Origin: Macrostomum lignano
Lineage: Eukaryota
DNA length: 29,119 nt
Direction of reading: 5' to 3'
Assembly: GCA_002269645.1 (NCBI GenBank)
Contig: NIVC01000798.1
Coordinates: 1 to 29,119, forward strand
Shown: positions 8,560 through 20,905 of the stretch, piece after piece
Layout: every line of letters begins with the position of its first letter
Numbering within the stretch: position 1 is the first letter of the stretch
Made by a program: the position numbers and the translations under genes
The notes under the pieces: generated by a model
Seen by the model: only the letters and a program-made list of their open reading frames with translations
Told to the model about the DNA's origin: nothing
The model's database searches: none

Positions 8560-10275
8560 CATTTTTTTCAACTTTGCCTCACCGCAGCGAAAAGGACGCG
8601 CGATAGCGCGGCCTTTGAGCTGCCTCATAGCGTCAATAACACCTGGGGCTGTTTGATGCGCTATAGTTTTTAGGGCTAAAATGTACTTTTCACATGGCTG
8701 CCTATCTGCTGTTTAAAAGTACAAATTTTTAGTGCACTTTTGTGAGGCCTATGGCGTCGAGATGGAAAACTTTATTTTTTAATATTTCTACACCAAATTA
8801 CTCAAATGGATGTCTTCTATTCGGAAACATTGAGATTTGGCCGATTGGGCCATCAATAACCTGCCTAGGTGCCAAAGAGTGCCTAAAAACGACATTTTCG
8901 AAAAATTGGGTCACGTTTTCAAAAAGTAGTCCCCAAAAATAAGGAAGCGTTTTATGCTACGGTGTTGAGACTTTAACACGACGTGTCAAACATTTGGAAA
9001 TTTGTTTTCCTGAATTTTCTAAGCATTGGACCTACCTGTGCTGAGCAGTGACCCGGAAACCAGGGAAAAAAGAGGCCGGGGGCTCTGCAGAAAATCAAAC
9101 GTTGTTAAGGAAATTTTTTTAAAATGGGGCGAATTTTTTCGAGTGTAGTGTCAAATTGTAGCCCATCGGATGCCCTTTTGAATGACATAAGACACTCCTG
9201 AAAAAACCCCTGTTAACAGGTACTTTTTACCTGTTAAGTGAAAAACGGCCCATTTTAGGGTACAAACTTTGAAGTCGAAAAATAAGAAATTTTGCGCACC
9301 GATTTTTCTGCATTTTCAATATTGTTTAGTCGAATAGCTAAAGTTTCACCGGTCATACGCCAATATGGCTGGAAAATTCGTATTTTTGAGCAAACTGCAT
9401 CTGATTTTTAAAAATGCAATTTTTCGGCCAATTTTTTGTACATGTTTTTCAACCTTGCCCGTACTGCAGCGAAAAGGACGCGCAATAGCGCGGCTTTTGA
9501 GCTGCTGCATAATGTAAACAACACCTGGGGCTTTTAGATGCGCTATAATTTTTTGGGCTAAAATGTACTTTTGACATGGCTGCCTATCTGCACTTTAAAA
9601 GTACAAACCGTTTGTGCACTTTAAAGAGGCTTATCCTATACAGATGCAAATCTTGATTTTTTCAATTTTTCAACCCAAATCACTCAAATGGATGTCTTTT
9701 ATTCGGAAATGCTGAGATCTGCTTGATTGGGCCATTCATTGCTGCTCTATATGGCTACAAGGGTCAAAAAGAGTGTTTTTGAAAATTTGGGTCACGTTTT
9801 CAAAAAGTAGTCTCCAAAAATAAGAAAGTGTTTTAAGCTACGGTGTTGAAATTTTAACAAAACGTGTCAAACATATGGAAATTTGTTTTCCTAAATTTTC
9901 TAAGCATTTGGACCTACCTGTGCGGAGCAGTGACCCGGAAACCGGGGAAAAAAGAGGCCGGGGGACTCGACCAAAAAAGCATATGTTGTTAAAGAAAAAT
10001 TTTTATTACTGGGCGAATTTTTTCGAATGTGGTGTCAAATTGTAGCCCATCGGATGCCCGTTCGAATGGCGCAAGACACTCTGGAAAAAATACCTGTTAA
10101 CAGGTACTTTTTACCTGTTAAGTGAAAAACGGCCCATTTGGGGTACAAACTTTGAAGTCGAAAAATAAGAAATTTTGCGCACCGATTTTTCTGCATTTTC
10201 AATATTGTTTAGTCGAATAGCTGAAGTTACACCGGTCATACGCCAATATGGCTGGAAAATTCGTATTTTTGAGAA
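8560..10275. repeat. ~882-bp tandem sub-duplication present only in unit A
   Basis: cagcgaaaaggacgcg at 8585 and 9467; caatatggctggaaaattcg at 9361 and 10244; units B-D carry one copy. Confidence 0.9.
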
Positions 10276-10679
10276 AATTGGCTCCGAATTTTGAGTAGGC
10301 CATTTTTGGGCAAATTTTGAGCATACTTTTGCTAATAACTCTGCATTGGCGAGACCTAGAGACTCAAGTTTGGTGTCTAAAAACAGCACTATGGATGCAT
10401 TATGCAGCTAAATCAGTTTTGAAAACTGATTCTTAGGTTAACAGGTCTTAATACCTGTTTGATTACCTGCCAGAACAGGTGAAAATTAATATTTTGGCGC
10501 CTAGCAGCCGAAAAATTTGTTGACATAATTTGAAAATGCATTGGATGAATGCGCCTTGATGTTATCTCTGTAACGACATGCGACTCGTATTTTTAGGTAG
10601 AAGCGTTGCGATGCAACGAGCAGAAATGTATGAAAAAGCAGAAAAAATGGTAGAAATGGCTGCTATTAGCGATATTCGA

Positions 10680-10797
10680 TATAAAATACGTGTACAATAG
10701 GCCAACTTAGTAAGCAATTTGTGGCTCAGTGGCAGAGTTAGTTTCTATATAATTGAGTGCTGCAGGGTTCGATTCCCAAGAGATCCGAAAAATTTTT
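10680..10797 (+). promoter_or_regulatory. tRNA-derived / SINE-head-like Pol III cassette, type 1 (unit A)
   Basis: TATAAAA 10680; A-box tggctcagtgg 10722-32 with pairable D-stem gctc/gagt; B-box ggttcgattcc 10766-76; T5 at 10793-97. No good acceptor stem. Confidence 0.6.
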
Positions 10798-11094
10798 AGT
10801 TTAAAGTTCTTTTAGAGCAAACAGTTTTTTAGTATTTTTATTTCTCTAACTATTATGTTTTTTATACAATTAAATTACATTTATTTAAATTTATTTTTCT
10901 TTTTATACGTATTTAAAGAGTAACAGTGAATCTTTTAGTGCGGCACGTATGATTGTTAGTGCAAAAAGTATATTACGATACATGTCGGCAAGCAAGTATT
11001 TGATGTCTGGTCGTTTGAAGGCTAGAATATAGTTGTAACATATTACAAAGACGTGTTTAGATGTGGGAAAAGTTCTCGAGGGGTGGTGGAGCGG

Positions 11095-13061
11095 TGGGGA
11101 GCCAGCCCCCCTTTACCACTAGACTAACTAATGCCAGCGGCTAGCCCCCACTATACCACTATACCACTAGACTAACTAATGCCAGGGGCGTGGGGGCGGC
11201 CAGCCCCCACTATACCACTAGACTAACTAATGCCAGGGGCGTGGGGGCGGCCAGCCCCCACTATACCACTAGACTAACTAATGCCAGGGGCGTGGGGGCG
11301 GCCAGCCCCCACTATACCACTAGACTAACTAATGCCAGGGGCGTGGGGGGCGGCTAGCCCCCACTATACCACTAGACTAACTAATGCCAGGGGCGTGGGG
11401 GCGGCCAGCCCCCACTATACCACTAGACTAACTAATGCCAGGGGCGTGGGGGCGGCCAGCCCCCCACTATACCACTAGACTAACTAATGCCAGGGGCGTG
11501 GGGGCGGCAGCCCCCCACTATACCACTAGACTAATAATGCCAGGGGCGTGGGGGCGGCCAGCCCCCACTATACCACTAGACTAACTAATGCCAGGGGCGT
11601 GGGGGGCGGCCAGCCCCCCACTATACCACTAGACTAACTAATGCCAGGGGCGTGGGGGGCGGCCAGCCCCCACTATACCACTAGACTAACTAATGCCAGG
11701 GGCGTGGGGGCGGCCAGCCCCCACTATACCACTAGACTAACTAATGCCAGGGGCGTGGGGGCGGCCAGCCCCCACTATACCACTAGACTAACTAATGCCA
11801 GGGGCGTGGGGGCGGCCAGCCCCCACTATACCACTAGACTAATAATGCCAGGGGCGTGGGGCGGCAGCCCCCACTATACCACTAGACTAACTAATGCCAG
11901 GGGCGTGGGGGCGGCGAGCCCCCCACTATACCACTAGACTAACTAATGCCAGGGGCGTGGGGGGCGGCCAGCCCCCCACTATACCACTAGACTAATAAAT
12001 GCCAGGGGCGTGGGGGGCGGCCAGCCCCCCACTATACCACTAGACTAACTAATGCCAGGGGCGTGGGGGGGCCAGCCCCCACTATACACTAGACTAACTA
12101 ATGCCAGGGGCGTGGGGGGCGGCCAGCCCCCCACTATACCACTAGACTAACTAATGCCAGGGGCGTGGGGGCGGCCAGCCCCCCACTATACCACTAGACT
12201 AACTAATGCCAGGGGCGTGGGGGGCGGCCAGCCCCCACTATACCACTAGACTAACTAATGCCAGGGGCGTGGGGGGCGGCCAGCCCCCCACTATACCACT
12301 AGACTAATAATGCCAGGGGCGTGGGGGGCGGCCAGCCCCCCACTATACCACTAGACTAACTAATGCCAGGGGCGTGGGGGGCGGCCAGCCCCCCACTATA
12401 CCACTAGACTAACTAATGCCAGGGGCGTGGGGGCGGCCAGCCCCCCTATACACTAGACTAACTAATGCCAGGGGCGTGGGGGCGGCCAGCCCCCCACTAT
12501 ACCACTTAGACTAACTAATGCCAGGGGCGTGGGGGGCGGCCAGCCCCCCACTATACCACTAGACTAACTAATGCCAGGGGCGTGGGGGGCGGCCAGCCCC
12601 CCACTATACCACAAGACTAACTAATGCCAGGGGCGTGGGGGGCGGCCAGCCTCCCACTATACCACTAGACTAACTAATGCCAGGGGCGTGGGGGGCGGCC
12701 AGCCCTCCACTATACCACTAGACTAACTAATGCCAGGGGCGTGGGGGGCGGCCAGCCCCCCACTATACCACTAGACTAATAAATGCCAGGGGCGTGGGGG
12801 GCGGCCAGCCCCCTACTATACCACTAGACTAATAAATGCCAGGGGCGTGGGGGGCGGCCAGCCCCCTACTATACCACTAGACTAACTAATGCCAGGGCGT
12901 GGGGGGCGGCCAGCCCCCACTATACCACTATACCACTAGACTAACTAATGCCAGGGGCGTGGGGGCGGCCAGCCCCCACTATACCACTTAGACTAACTAA
13001 TGCCAGGGCGGCCAGCCCCCCACTATACCACTAGACTAACTAATGCCAGGGGCGTGGGGGC
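11095..13061. repeat. 51-bp satellite array 1 (~38 copies)
   Basis: Monomer actataccactagactaactaatgccaggggcgtgggggcggccagccccc; length varies ~50-54 bp through G/C run length. Confidence 0.98.
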
Positions 13062-14866
13062 TTTTTAGCTCTCAATTTAGGTTAAATAAATAGATGTCAT
13101 AGCCATAAACAATAATTGACACAATATAAACCATCGTCCCACCTTTGAAGACGACAGCGTCTTCATTCACTAGTTGTGGGACGATGGAGCCAGTAAGTAG
13201 TATAGAAAAAAAGGCGAGCGAAGCGAGAATTTTTTTCTATACTGCTTACTTTTGCGAAATCGTCCCTGATAAGATGTGGGCCATATGTCATACACTAAAA
13301 TGACATTTTTCAACTTTTAAACGCTGCCAATAAAAAACGGTACGACCAATTTACAAACGGTTTTTGCCAAAATGCGTCAAAGACTTGGGCTACCAGAGCC
13401 GCAGTGCTTGGTTGCCATAGCGACGCGTTTTGGTTGCCATGGCAACCAAAAACCAAAAACTGCGTTTTTTCAACTTTTTCAAAAACTTTGATCTTAATTA
13501 CAGCGGCAGGAAATTATGGCAGCGCTTAGCGAGTGGGCTCAGTAAGCGCGGGCATTCAAACGCTACAATGATCCGAAATGGATTTTTTGATTGTACTTTA
13601 ACGTCTAGGCTAAAAGTACAAAAAACGTGTTTTTTGAGGTCGAAAATTTGGCATTTTTTTCAACTTTGCCTTACCGCAGCGAAAAGGACGCGCGATAGCG
13701 CGGCCTTTGAGCTGCCTCATAGCGTCAATAACACCTGGGGCTGTTTGATGCGCTATAGTTTTTAGGGCTAAAATGTACTTTTCACATGGCTGCCTATCTG
13801 CTGTTTAAAAGTACAAATTTTTAGTGCACTTTTGTGAGGCCTATGGCGTCGAGATGGAAAACTTTATTTTTGCTGTTTTGCATACCAAATAACTCAAATA
13901 GATGTCTTTTAATCGGAAACATCGAGATTTGGCCGATTGGGCCATCAATAACCTGCCCAGGTGCCAAAGAGTGCCTAAAAACGACATTTTCGAAAAATTG
14001 GGTCACGTTTTTTAAAAGTAGTCCCAAAAAATAAGAAAGTTTTATGCTACGGTGTTGAGACTTTAACACAACGTGTCAAACATATGGAAATTTGTTTTCC
14101 TGAATTTTCTAAGCATTTGGACCTACCTGTGCGGAGCAGTGACCCAGAAACCGGGAAAAAAGAGGCCGGGGGCTCTGCAGAAAATCAGACGTTGTTAAGA
14201 AAAATTTTTTAAAATGGGGCGAATTTTTTCGAGTGTAGTGTCAAATTGTAGCCCATCGGATGCCCTTTTGAATGACATAAGACACTCCTGAAAAAACCCC
14301 TGTTAACAGGTACTTTTTACCTGTTAAGTGAAAAACGGCCCATTTGGGGGTACAAACTTTTGGAAAAATAAGAAATTTTGCGCACCGAATTTTCAATATT
14401 GTTTAGAATAGCTTTTCACCGGTCATACGCCAATATGGCTGGAAAATTCGTATTTTTGAGAAAATTGGCTCCGAATTTTGAGTAGGCCATTTTCGGGCAA
14501 ATTTTGAGCATACTTTTGCTAATAACTCTGCATTGGCGAGACCTAGAGACTCAAGTTTGGTGTCTAAAAACAGCACTATGGATGCATTATGCAGCTAAAT
14601 CAGTTTTGAAAACTGATTCTTAGGTTAACAGGTCTTAATACCTGTTTGATTACCTGTCAGAACAGGTGAAAATTAATATTTTGGCGCCTAGCAGCCGAAA
14701 AATTTGTTGACATAATTTGAAAATGCATTGGATGAATGCGCCTTGATGTTATCTCTGTAACGACATGCGACTCGTATTTTTAGGTAGAAGCGTTGCGATG
14801 CAACGAGCAGAAATGTATGAAAAAGCAGCAAAAATGGTAGAAATGGCTGTTATTAGCGATATTCGA

Positions 14867-14984
14867 TATAAAATACGTGTACTATAGGCCAACTTAGTAA
14901 GCAATTTGTGGCTCAGTGGCAGAGTTAGTTTCCATATAATTGAGTCCTGCAGGGTTTGATTCCCAAGAGATCCGAAAAATTTTT
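14867..14984 (+). promoter_or_regulatory. Pol III-like cassette, type 1 (unit B)
   Basis: TATAAAA 14867; A-box 14909-19; B-box ggtttgattcc 14953-63 with one C>T change; T5 at 14980-84. Confidence 0.5.
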
Positions 14985-15281
14985 AGTTTAAAGTTCTTTT
15001 AGAGCAAACAGATTTTTAGTATTTTTATTTCTCTAACTATTATGTTTTTTATACAATTAAATTACATTTATTTAAATTTATTTTTCTTTTTATACGTATT
15101 TAAAGAGTAACAGAGAATCTTTTAGTGCGGCACATATGATTGTTAGTGCAAAAAGTATATTACGATACATGTCGGCAAGCAAGTATTTGATGTCTGGTCG
15201 TTTGAAGGCTAGAATATAGTTGTAACATATTACAAAGACGTGTTTAGATGTGGGAAAAGTTCTCGAGGGGTGGTGGAGCGG

Positions 15282-18200
15282 TGGGGGAGCCAGGACCCCC
15301 TTTACCACTAGACTAACTAATGCCAGGGGCGTGGGGGGCGGCCAGCCCCCCACTATACCACTAGACTAACTAATGCCAGGGGCGTGGGGGCGGCCAGCCC
15401 CCCACTATACCACTAGACTAACTAATGCCAGGGGCGTGGGGGGCGGCCAGCCCCCCACTATACCACTAGACTAACTAATGCCAGGGGCGTGGGGGCGGCC
15501 AGCCCCCCACTATACCACTAGACTAACTAATGCCAGGGGCGTGGGGGCGGCCAGCCCCCCACTATACCACTAGACTAACTAATGCCAGGGGCGTGGGGGG
15601 CGGCCAGCCCCCCACTATACCACTAGACTAACTAATGCCAGGGGCGTGGGGGCGGCAGCCCCCCACTATACCACTAGACTAACTAATGCCAGGGGCGTGG
15701 GGGCGGCCAGCCCCCCACTATACCACTAGACTAACTAATGCCAGGGGCGTGGGGGCGGCCAGCCCCCCACTATACACTAGACTAACTAATGCCAGGGCGT
15801 GGGGGCGGCCAGCCCCCACTATACCACTAGACTAACTAATGCCAGGGGCGTGGGGGCGGCCAGCCCCCACTATACCACTAGACTAACTAAATGCCAGGGG
15901 CGTGGGGGCGGCCAGCCCCCACTATACCACTAGACTAATAATGCCAGGGGCGTGGGGGGCGGCCAGCCCCCCACTATACCACTAGACTAACTAATGCCAG
16001 GGGCGTGGGGGGCGGCCAGCCCCCCACTATACCACTAGACTAACTAATGCCAGGGGCGTGGGGGGCGGCCAGCCCCCCACTATACACTAGACTAACTAAT
16101 GCCAGGGGCGTGGGGGCGGCCAGCCCCCCACTATACCACTAGACTAACTAATGCCAGGGGCGTGGGGGCGGCCAGCCCCCACTATACCACTAGACTAATA
16201 ATGCCAGGGGCGTGGGGGCGGCCAGCCCCCACTATACCACTAGACTAACTAATGCCAGGGGCGTGGGGGGCGAGCCCCCCACTATACCACTAGACTAACT
16301 AATGCCAGGGGCGTGGGGGGCGGCCAGCCCCCACTATACCACTAGACTAATAATGCCAGGGGCGTGGGGGCGGCCAGCCCCCCACTATACCACTAGACTA
16401 ATAATGCCAGGGGCGTGGGGGGCGGCCAGCCCCCCACTATACCACTAGACTAACTAATGCCAGGGGCGTGGGGGGCGGCCAGCCCCCACTATACCACTAG
16501 ACTAACTAATGCCAGGGGCGTGGGGGCGGCCAGCCCCCCCCACTATACCACTAGACTAACTAATGCCAGGGGCGTGGGGGGCGGCCAGCCCCCACTATAC
16601 CACTAGACTAACTAATGCCAGGGGCGTGGGGGGCGGCCAGCCCCCACTATACCACTAGACTAACTAATGCCAGGGGCGTGGGGGCGGCAGCCCCCCACTA
16701 TACCACTAGACTAACTAATGCCAGGGGCGTGGGGGCGGCCAGCCCCCACTATACCACTAGACTAACTAATGCCAGGGGCGTGGGGGGCGGCCAGCCCCCC
16801 ACTATACCACACTAGACTAACTAATGCCAGGGGCGTGGGGCGGCCAGCCCCCCACTATACCACTAGACTAACTAATGCCAGGGGCGTGGGGGCGGCCAGC
16901 CCCCACTATACCACTAGACTAACTAATGCCAGGGGCGTGGGGGGCGGCCAGCCCCCACTATACCACTAGACTAACTAATGCCAGGGGCGTGGGGGGCGGC
17001 CAGCCCCCCACTATACCACTATACCACTAGACTAACTAATGCCAGGGGCGTGGGGGGCGGCCAGCCCCCCACTATACCACTAGACTAACTAATGCCAGGG
17101 GCGTGGGGGCGGCCAGCCCCCCACTATACCACTAGACTAACTAATGCCAGGGGCGTGGGGGCGGCCAGCCCCACTATACCACTAGACTAACTAATGCCAG
17201 GGGCGTGGGGGCGGCCAGCCCCCCACTATACCACTAGACTAACTAATGCCAGGGGCGTGGGGGGCGGCCAGCCCCCCACTATACCACTAGACTAACTAAT
17301 GCCAGGGGCGTGGGGGGCGGCCAGCCCCCACTATACCACTAGACTAACTAATGCCAGGGGCGTGGGGGCGGCAGCCCCCACTATACCACTAGACTAATAA
17401 TGCCAGGGGCGTGGGGGGCGGCCAGCCCCCCACTATACCACTAGACTAACTAATGCCAGGGGCGTGGGGGGCGGCCAGCCCCCCACTATACCACTAGACT
17501 AACTAATGCCAGGGGCGTGGGGGGCGGCCAGCCCCCCACACTATACCACTAGACTAACTAATGCCAGGGGCGTGGGGGCGGCCAGCCCCCACTATACCAC
17601 TAGACTAACTAATGCCAGGGGCGTGGGGGGCGGCCAGCCCCCCACTATACCACTAGACTAACTAATGCCAGGGGCGTGGGGGGCGGCCAGCCCCCCACTA
17701 TACCACTAGACTAACTAATGCCAGGGGCGTGGGGGCGGCCAGCCCCCACTATACCACTAGACTAACTAATGCCAGGGGCGTGGGGGGCGGCCAGCCCCCC
17801 ACTATACCACTAGACTAACTAATGCCAGGGGCGTGGGGGGCGGCCAGCCCCCACTATACCACTAGACTAACTAATGCCAGGGGCGTGGGGGGCGGCCAGC
17901 CCCCCACTATACCACTAGACTAACTAATGCCAGGGGCGTGGGGGGCGGCCAGCCCCCACTATACCACTAGACTAACTAATGCCAGGGGCGTGGGGGCGGC
18001 CAGCCCCCCACTATACCACTAGACTAACTAATGCCAGGGGCGTGGGGGGCGGCCAGCCCCCACTATACCACTAGACTAACTAATGCCAGGGGCGTGGGGG
18101 GCGGCCAGCCCCCACTATACCACTAGACTAACTAATGCCAGGGGCGTGGGGGCGGCCAGCCCCACTATACCACTATACCACTAGACTAACTAATGCCAGG

Positions 18201-18416
18201 GGCGTGGGGGGCGGCCAGCCCCCCACTATACCACTAGACTAACTAATGCCAGGGGCGTGGGGGCGGCCAGCCCCACTATACCACTAGACTAACTAATGCC
18301 AGGGGCGTGGGGGCGGCCAGCCCCCACTATACCACTAGACTAACTAATGCCAGGGGCGTGGGGGCGGCCAGCCCCACTATACCACTAGACTAACTAATGC
18401 CAGGGGCGTGGGGGGC
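15282..18416. repeat. 51-bp satellite array 2 (~60 copies)
   Basis: Same monomer as array 1; ends at gtggggggc-tttttagctctc. Confidence 0.98.
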
Positions 18417-20215
18417 TTTTTAGCTCTCAATTTAGGTTAAATAAATAGATGTCATAGCCATAAACAATAATGGACACAATATAAACCATCGTCCCACCTT
18501 TGAAGACGACAGCGTCTTCATTCACTAGTTGTGGGACGATGAGCCAGTAAGTAGTATAGAAAAAAAGGCGAGCGAAGCGAGAATTTTTTTCTATACTGCT
18601 TACTTTTGCGAAATCGTCCCTGATAAGATGTGGGTATGCACACACTAAAATGACGTTTTTCAACTTTTAAACGCTGCCAATAAAAAACGGTACGACCAAT
18701 TTACAAACGGTTTTTGCCAAAATGTGTCAAAGACTAGCGCTATCGGATGCCACAATAGTTGGTTGCCATGGCAATGCGTTTTGGTTGCCATGGCAACCAA
18801 AAACTGCGTTTTTTCGACTTTTCAAAAACTTTGATCTCAAAAAATAAGGATTGAGAATATGGCAGCGCTTAGCGAGTGGCTCAGTAAACGCGGGCATTCG
18901 AACGCTACAATGATCAGAAATGGATTTTTTATTGTACTTTAACGTCTAGGCTAAAAGTACAAAAAACGTGTTTTTTGAGGTCGAAAAATTGGCATTTTTT
19001 CCAACTTTGCCTCACCGCAGCGAAAAGGACGCGCGATAGCGCGGCCTTTGAGCTGCCTCATAGCGTCAATAACACCTGGGGCTGTTTGATGCGCTATAGT
19101 TTTTAGGGCTAAAATGTACTTTTCACATGGCTGCCTATCTGCACTTTAAAAGTACAAATTTTTAGTGCACTTTTGTGAGGCCTATCGTCGAGATTAAAAA
19201 CTTTATTTTTTGTTTTCTACCAAATACTCAAATAGATGTCTTCTATTCGGAAACATCGAGATTTGGCGATTGGGCCATCAATAACCTGCCCAGGTGCCAA
19301 AGAGTGCCTAAAAACGACATTTTCAAAAAATTGGGTCACGTTTTAAAAAGTAGTCCCAAAAAAAAGTGTTTTATGCTACAGTGTGAGACTTTAACACACG
19401 TGTCAAACATATGGAAATTTGTTTTCCTAAATTTTCTAAGCATTTGGACCTACCTGTGCTGAGCAGTGACCCGAAAACCAGGGAAAAAAGAGGCCGGGGG
19501 GCACTGCAGAAAATCAGACGTTGTTAAGGAAATTTTTTTAAAATGGGGCAAAGTTTTTCGAGTATGGCGTCAAATTGTAGCCCATCGGATGCCCTTTTGA
19601 ATGACATAAGACACTCCTGAAAAAACCCCTGTTAACAGGTACTTTTTACCTGTTAAGTGAAAAACGGCCCATTTTGGGGTACAAACTTTGAAGTGGAAAA
19701 ATAAGAAATTTTGCGCACCGATTTTTCTGCATTTTCAATATTGTTTAGTCGAATAGATGAAGTTACACCGGTCATACGCCAATATGGCTGGAAAATTCGT
19801 ATTTTTGAGAAAATTGGCTCCGAATTTTGAGAAGGCTATTTTTGGGCAAATTTTGAGCATACTTTTGCTAATAACTCTGCATTGGCAAGGCCTAGAGACT
19901 CAATTTTGGTGTCTAAAAACAGCACTATGGATGCACTGTGCAACTAAATTAGTTTTGAAAACTGATTCTTAAGTTAATAGGTCTTAATACCTGTTTGAAT
20001 ACCTGTCAGAACAGGTGAAAATGCACAATTTGGCGCCTAGGAGGCGTAAAATTTGTTGACATACTTTAAAAATGCATTAGATGAATGCGCCTTGATGTTA
20101 TCTCTGTAACGACATGCGACTCGCATTTTTAGATGAAGGCGCTGCGATGCAGCGAGCAGAAATGTATGAAAAAGCAGCAAAAATCGTAAAAGTGGCTACC
20201 ATAGGGAATATTCGA

Positions 20216-20333
20216 TATAAACGGCGTGCACTGTAGAGCTTCGCTTAAGTAAGAGATGGATCGGGGCCGAAGGCAGTTGCTTTGTAAATGGCCTAAACAC
20301 GGGTTCGAATCCCAAGTGGGCCAAGTTTTTTTT
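20216..20333 (+). promoter_or_regulatory. Pol III-like cassette, type 2 (unit C)
   Basis: TATAAA 20216; degenerate A-box-position sequence tggatcggggc 20257; consensus B-box ggttcgaatcc 20302-12; T8 at 20326-33. Confidence 0.5.
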
Positions 20334-20599
20334 ATATTTAATTTTTTAGCAGGAACGGATTTATTAGTATTTTCAATTCTCTTTCACTTGAATATAATTT
20401 AATATTGATTGTTTAATTTTCCTTTCCTTCTATACCTTATTAAAGAGTAAGAGTGAAGCTGAAAGTGCGGCACAGATGATTTGTTAGTGCAGAAAGAATA
20501 TTACGATACATATCGGCAAGTATCATGTGTTGCGCGGTCGCCAAAGGCTTACAAGCAGTTTTAGCATGCTAAAAAGATGTGTTAGAGGTGGGAAAAGTT

Positions 20600-20905
20600 G
20601 CGGAGGGGTGGGGTGGGGGAGCGGGGGTGTGGGGGCGGCAGCCCCCACGTTACGCAAACCCCACAACAACAACCACCCTCCCCAACAACAATGTGCGGGA
20701 GGGGTGGGGGAGCGGGGGTGTGGGGGCGGCAGCCCCCACGTTACGCAAACCCCACAACAACAACCACCCTCCCCAACAACAACGCGCGGGAGGGGTGGGG
20801 GAGCGGGGGTGTGGGGGCGGCAGCCCCCACGTTACGCAAACCCCACAACAACAACCACCCTCCCCAACAACAACGCGCGGGAGGGGTGGGGAGCGGGGGT
20901 GTGGG
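20600..20905. repeat. 91-bp G-rich/C-rich minisatellite, 3 copies plus a partial (unit C)
   Basis: gcccccacgttacgcaaaccccac starts at 20641, 20732 and 20823; contains gggaggggtgggggagcgggggtgtggggg. Confidence 0.95.

Larger units (their letters stand above)
8041..13130. repeat. Composite macro-repeat unit A (~5.09 kb); possible non-autonomous rolling-circle element
   Basis: ccatcgtcccacctttgaagacg begins at 8044, 13131, 18486 and 24637 (periods 5087, 5355, 6151); sequence left of ~8041 is unrelated to the inter-unit spacer. Confidence 0.9.
13131..18485. repeat. Composite macro-repeat unit B (~5.36 kb)
   Basis: Colinear with unit A but lacks the 882-bp duplication; distinct patches near 13380-13420 and 13490-13515. 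Confidence 0.92.

Noticed and set aside
8416-8673. 85-aa ORF conserved in units A, B and D (MRIWQRLASGLS...)
   Set aside because: Non-ATG start in A and D, disrupted in unit C, no recognisable motif; conservation is explained by recent duplication.
10705-10790. Functional tRNA gene
   Set aside because: A- and B-boxes and a D-stem are present, but acceptor and T stems pair poorly and the anticodon loop differs between A (tctatat) and B (tccatat); kept only as a tRNA-derived cassette.
11095-13061. Telomeric repeat (minus strand ttagttag)
   Set aside because: No tandem TTAGG or TTAGGG; only two TTAG tetramers per monomer.
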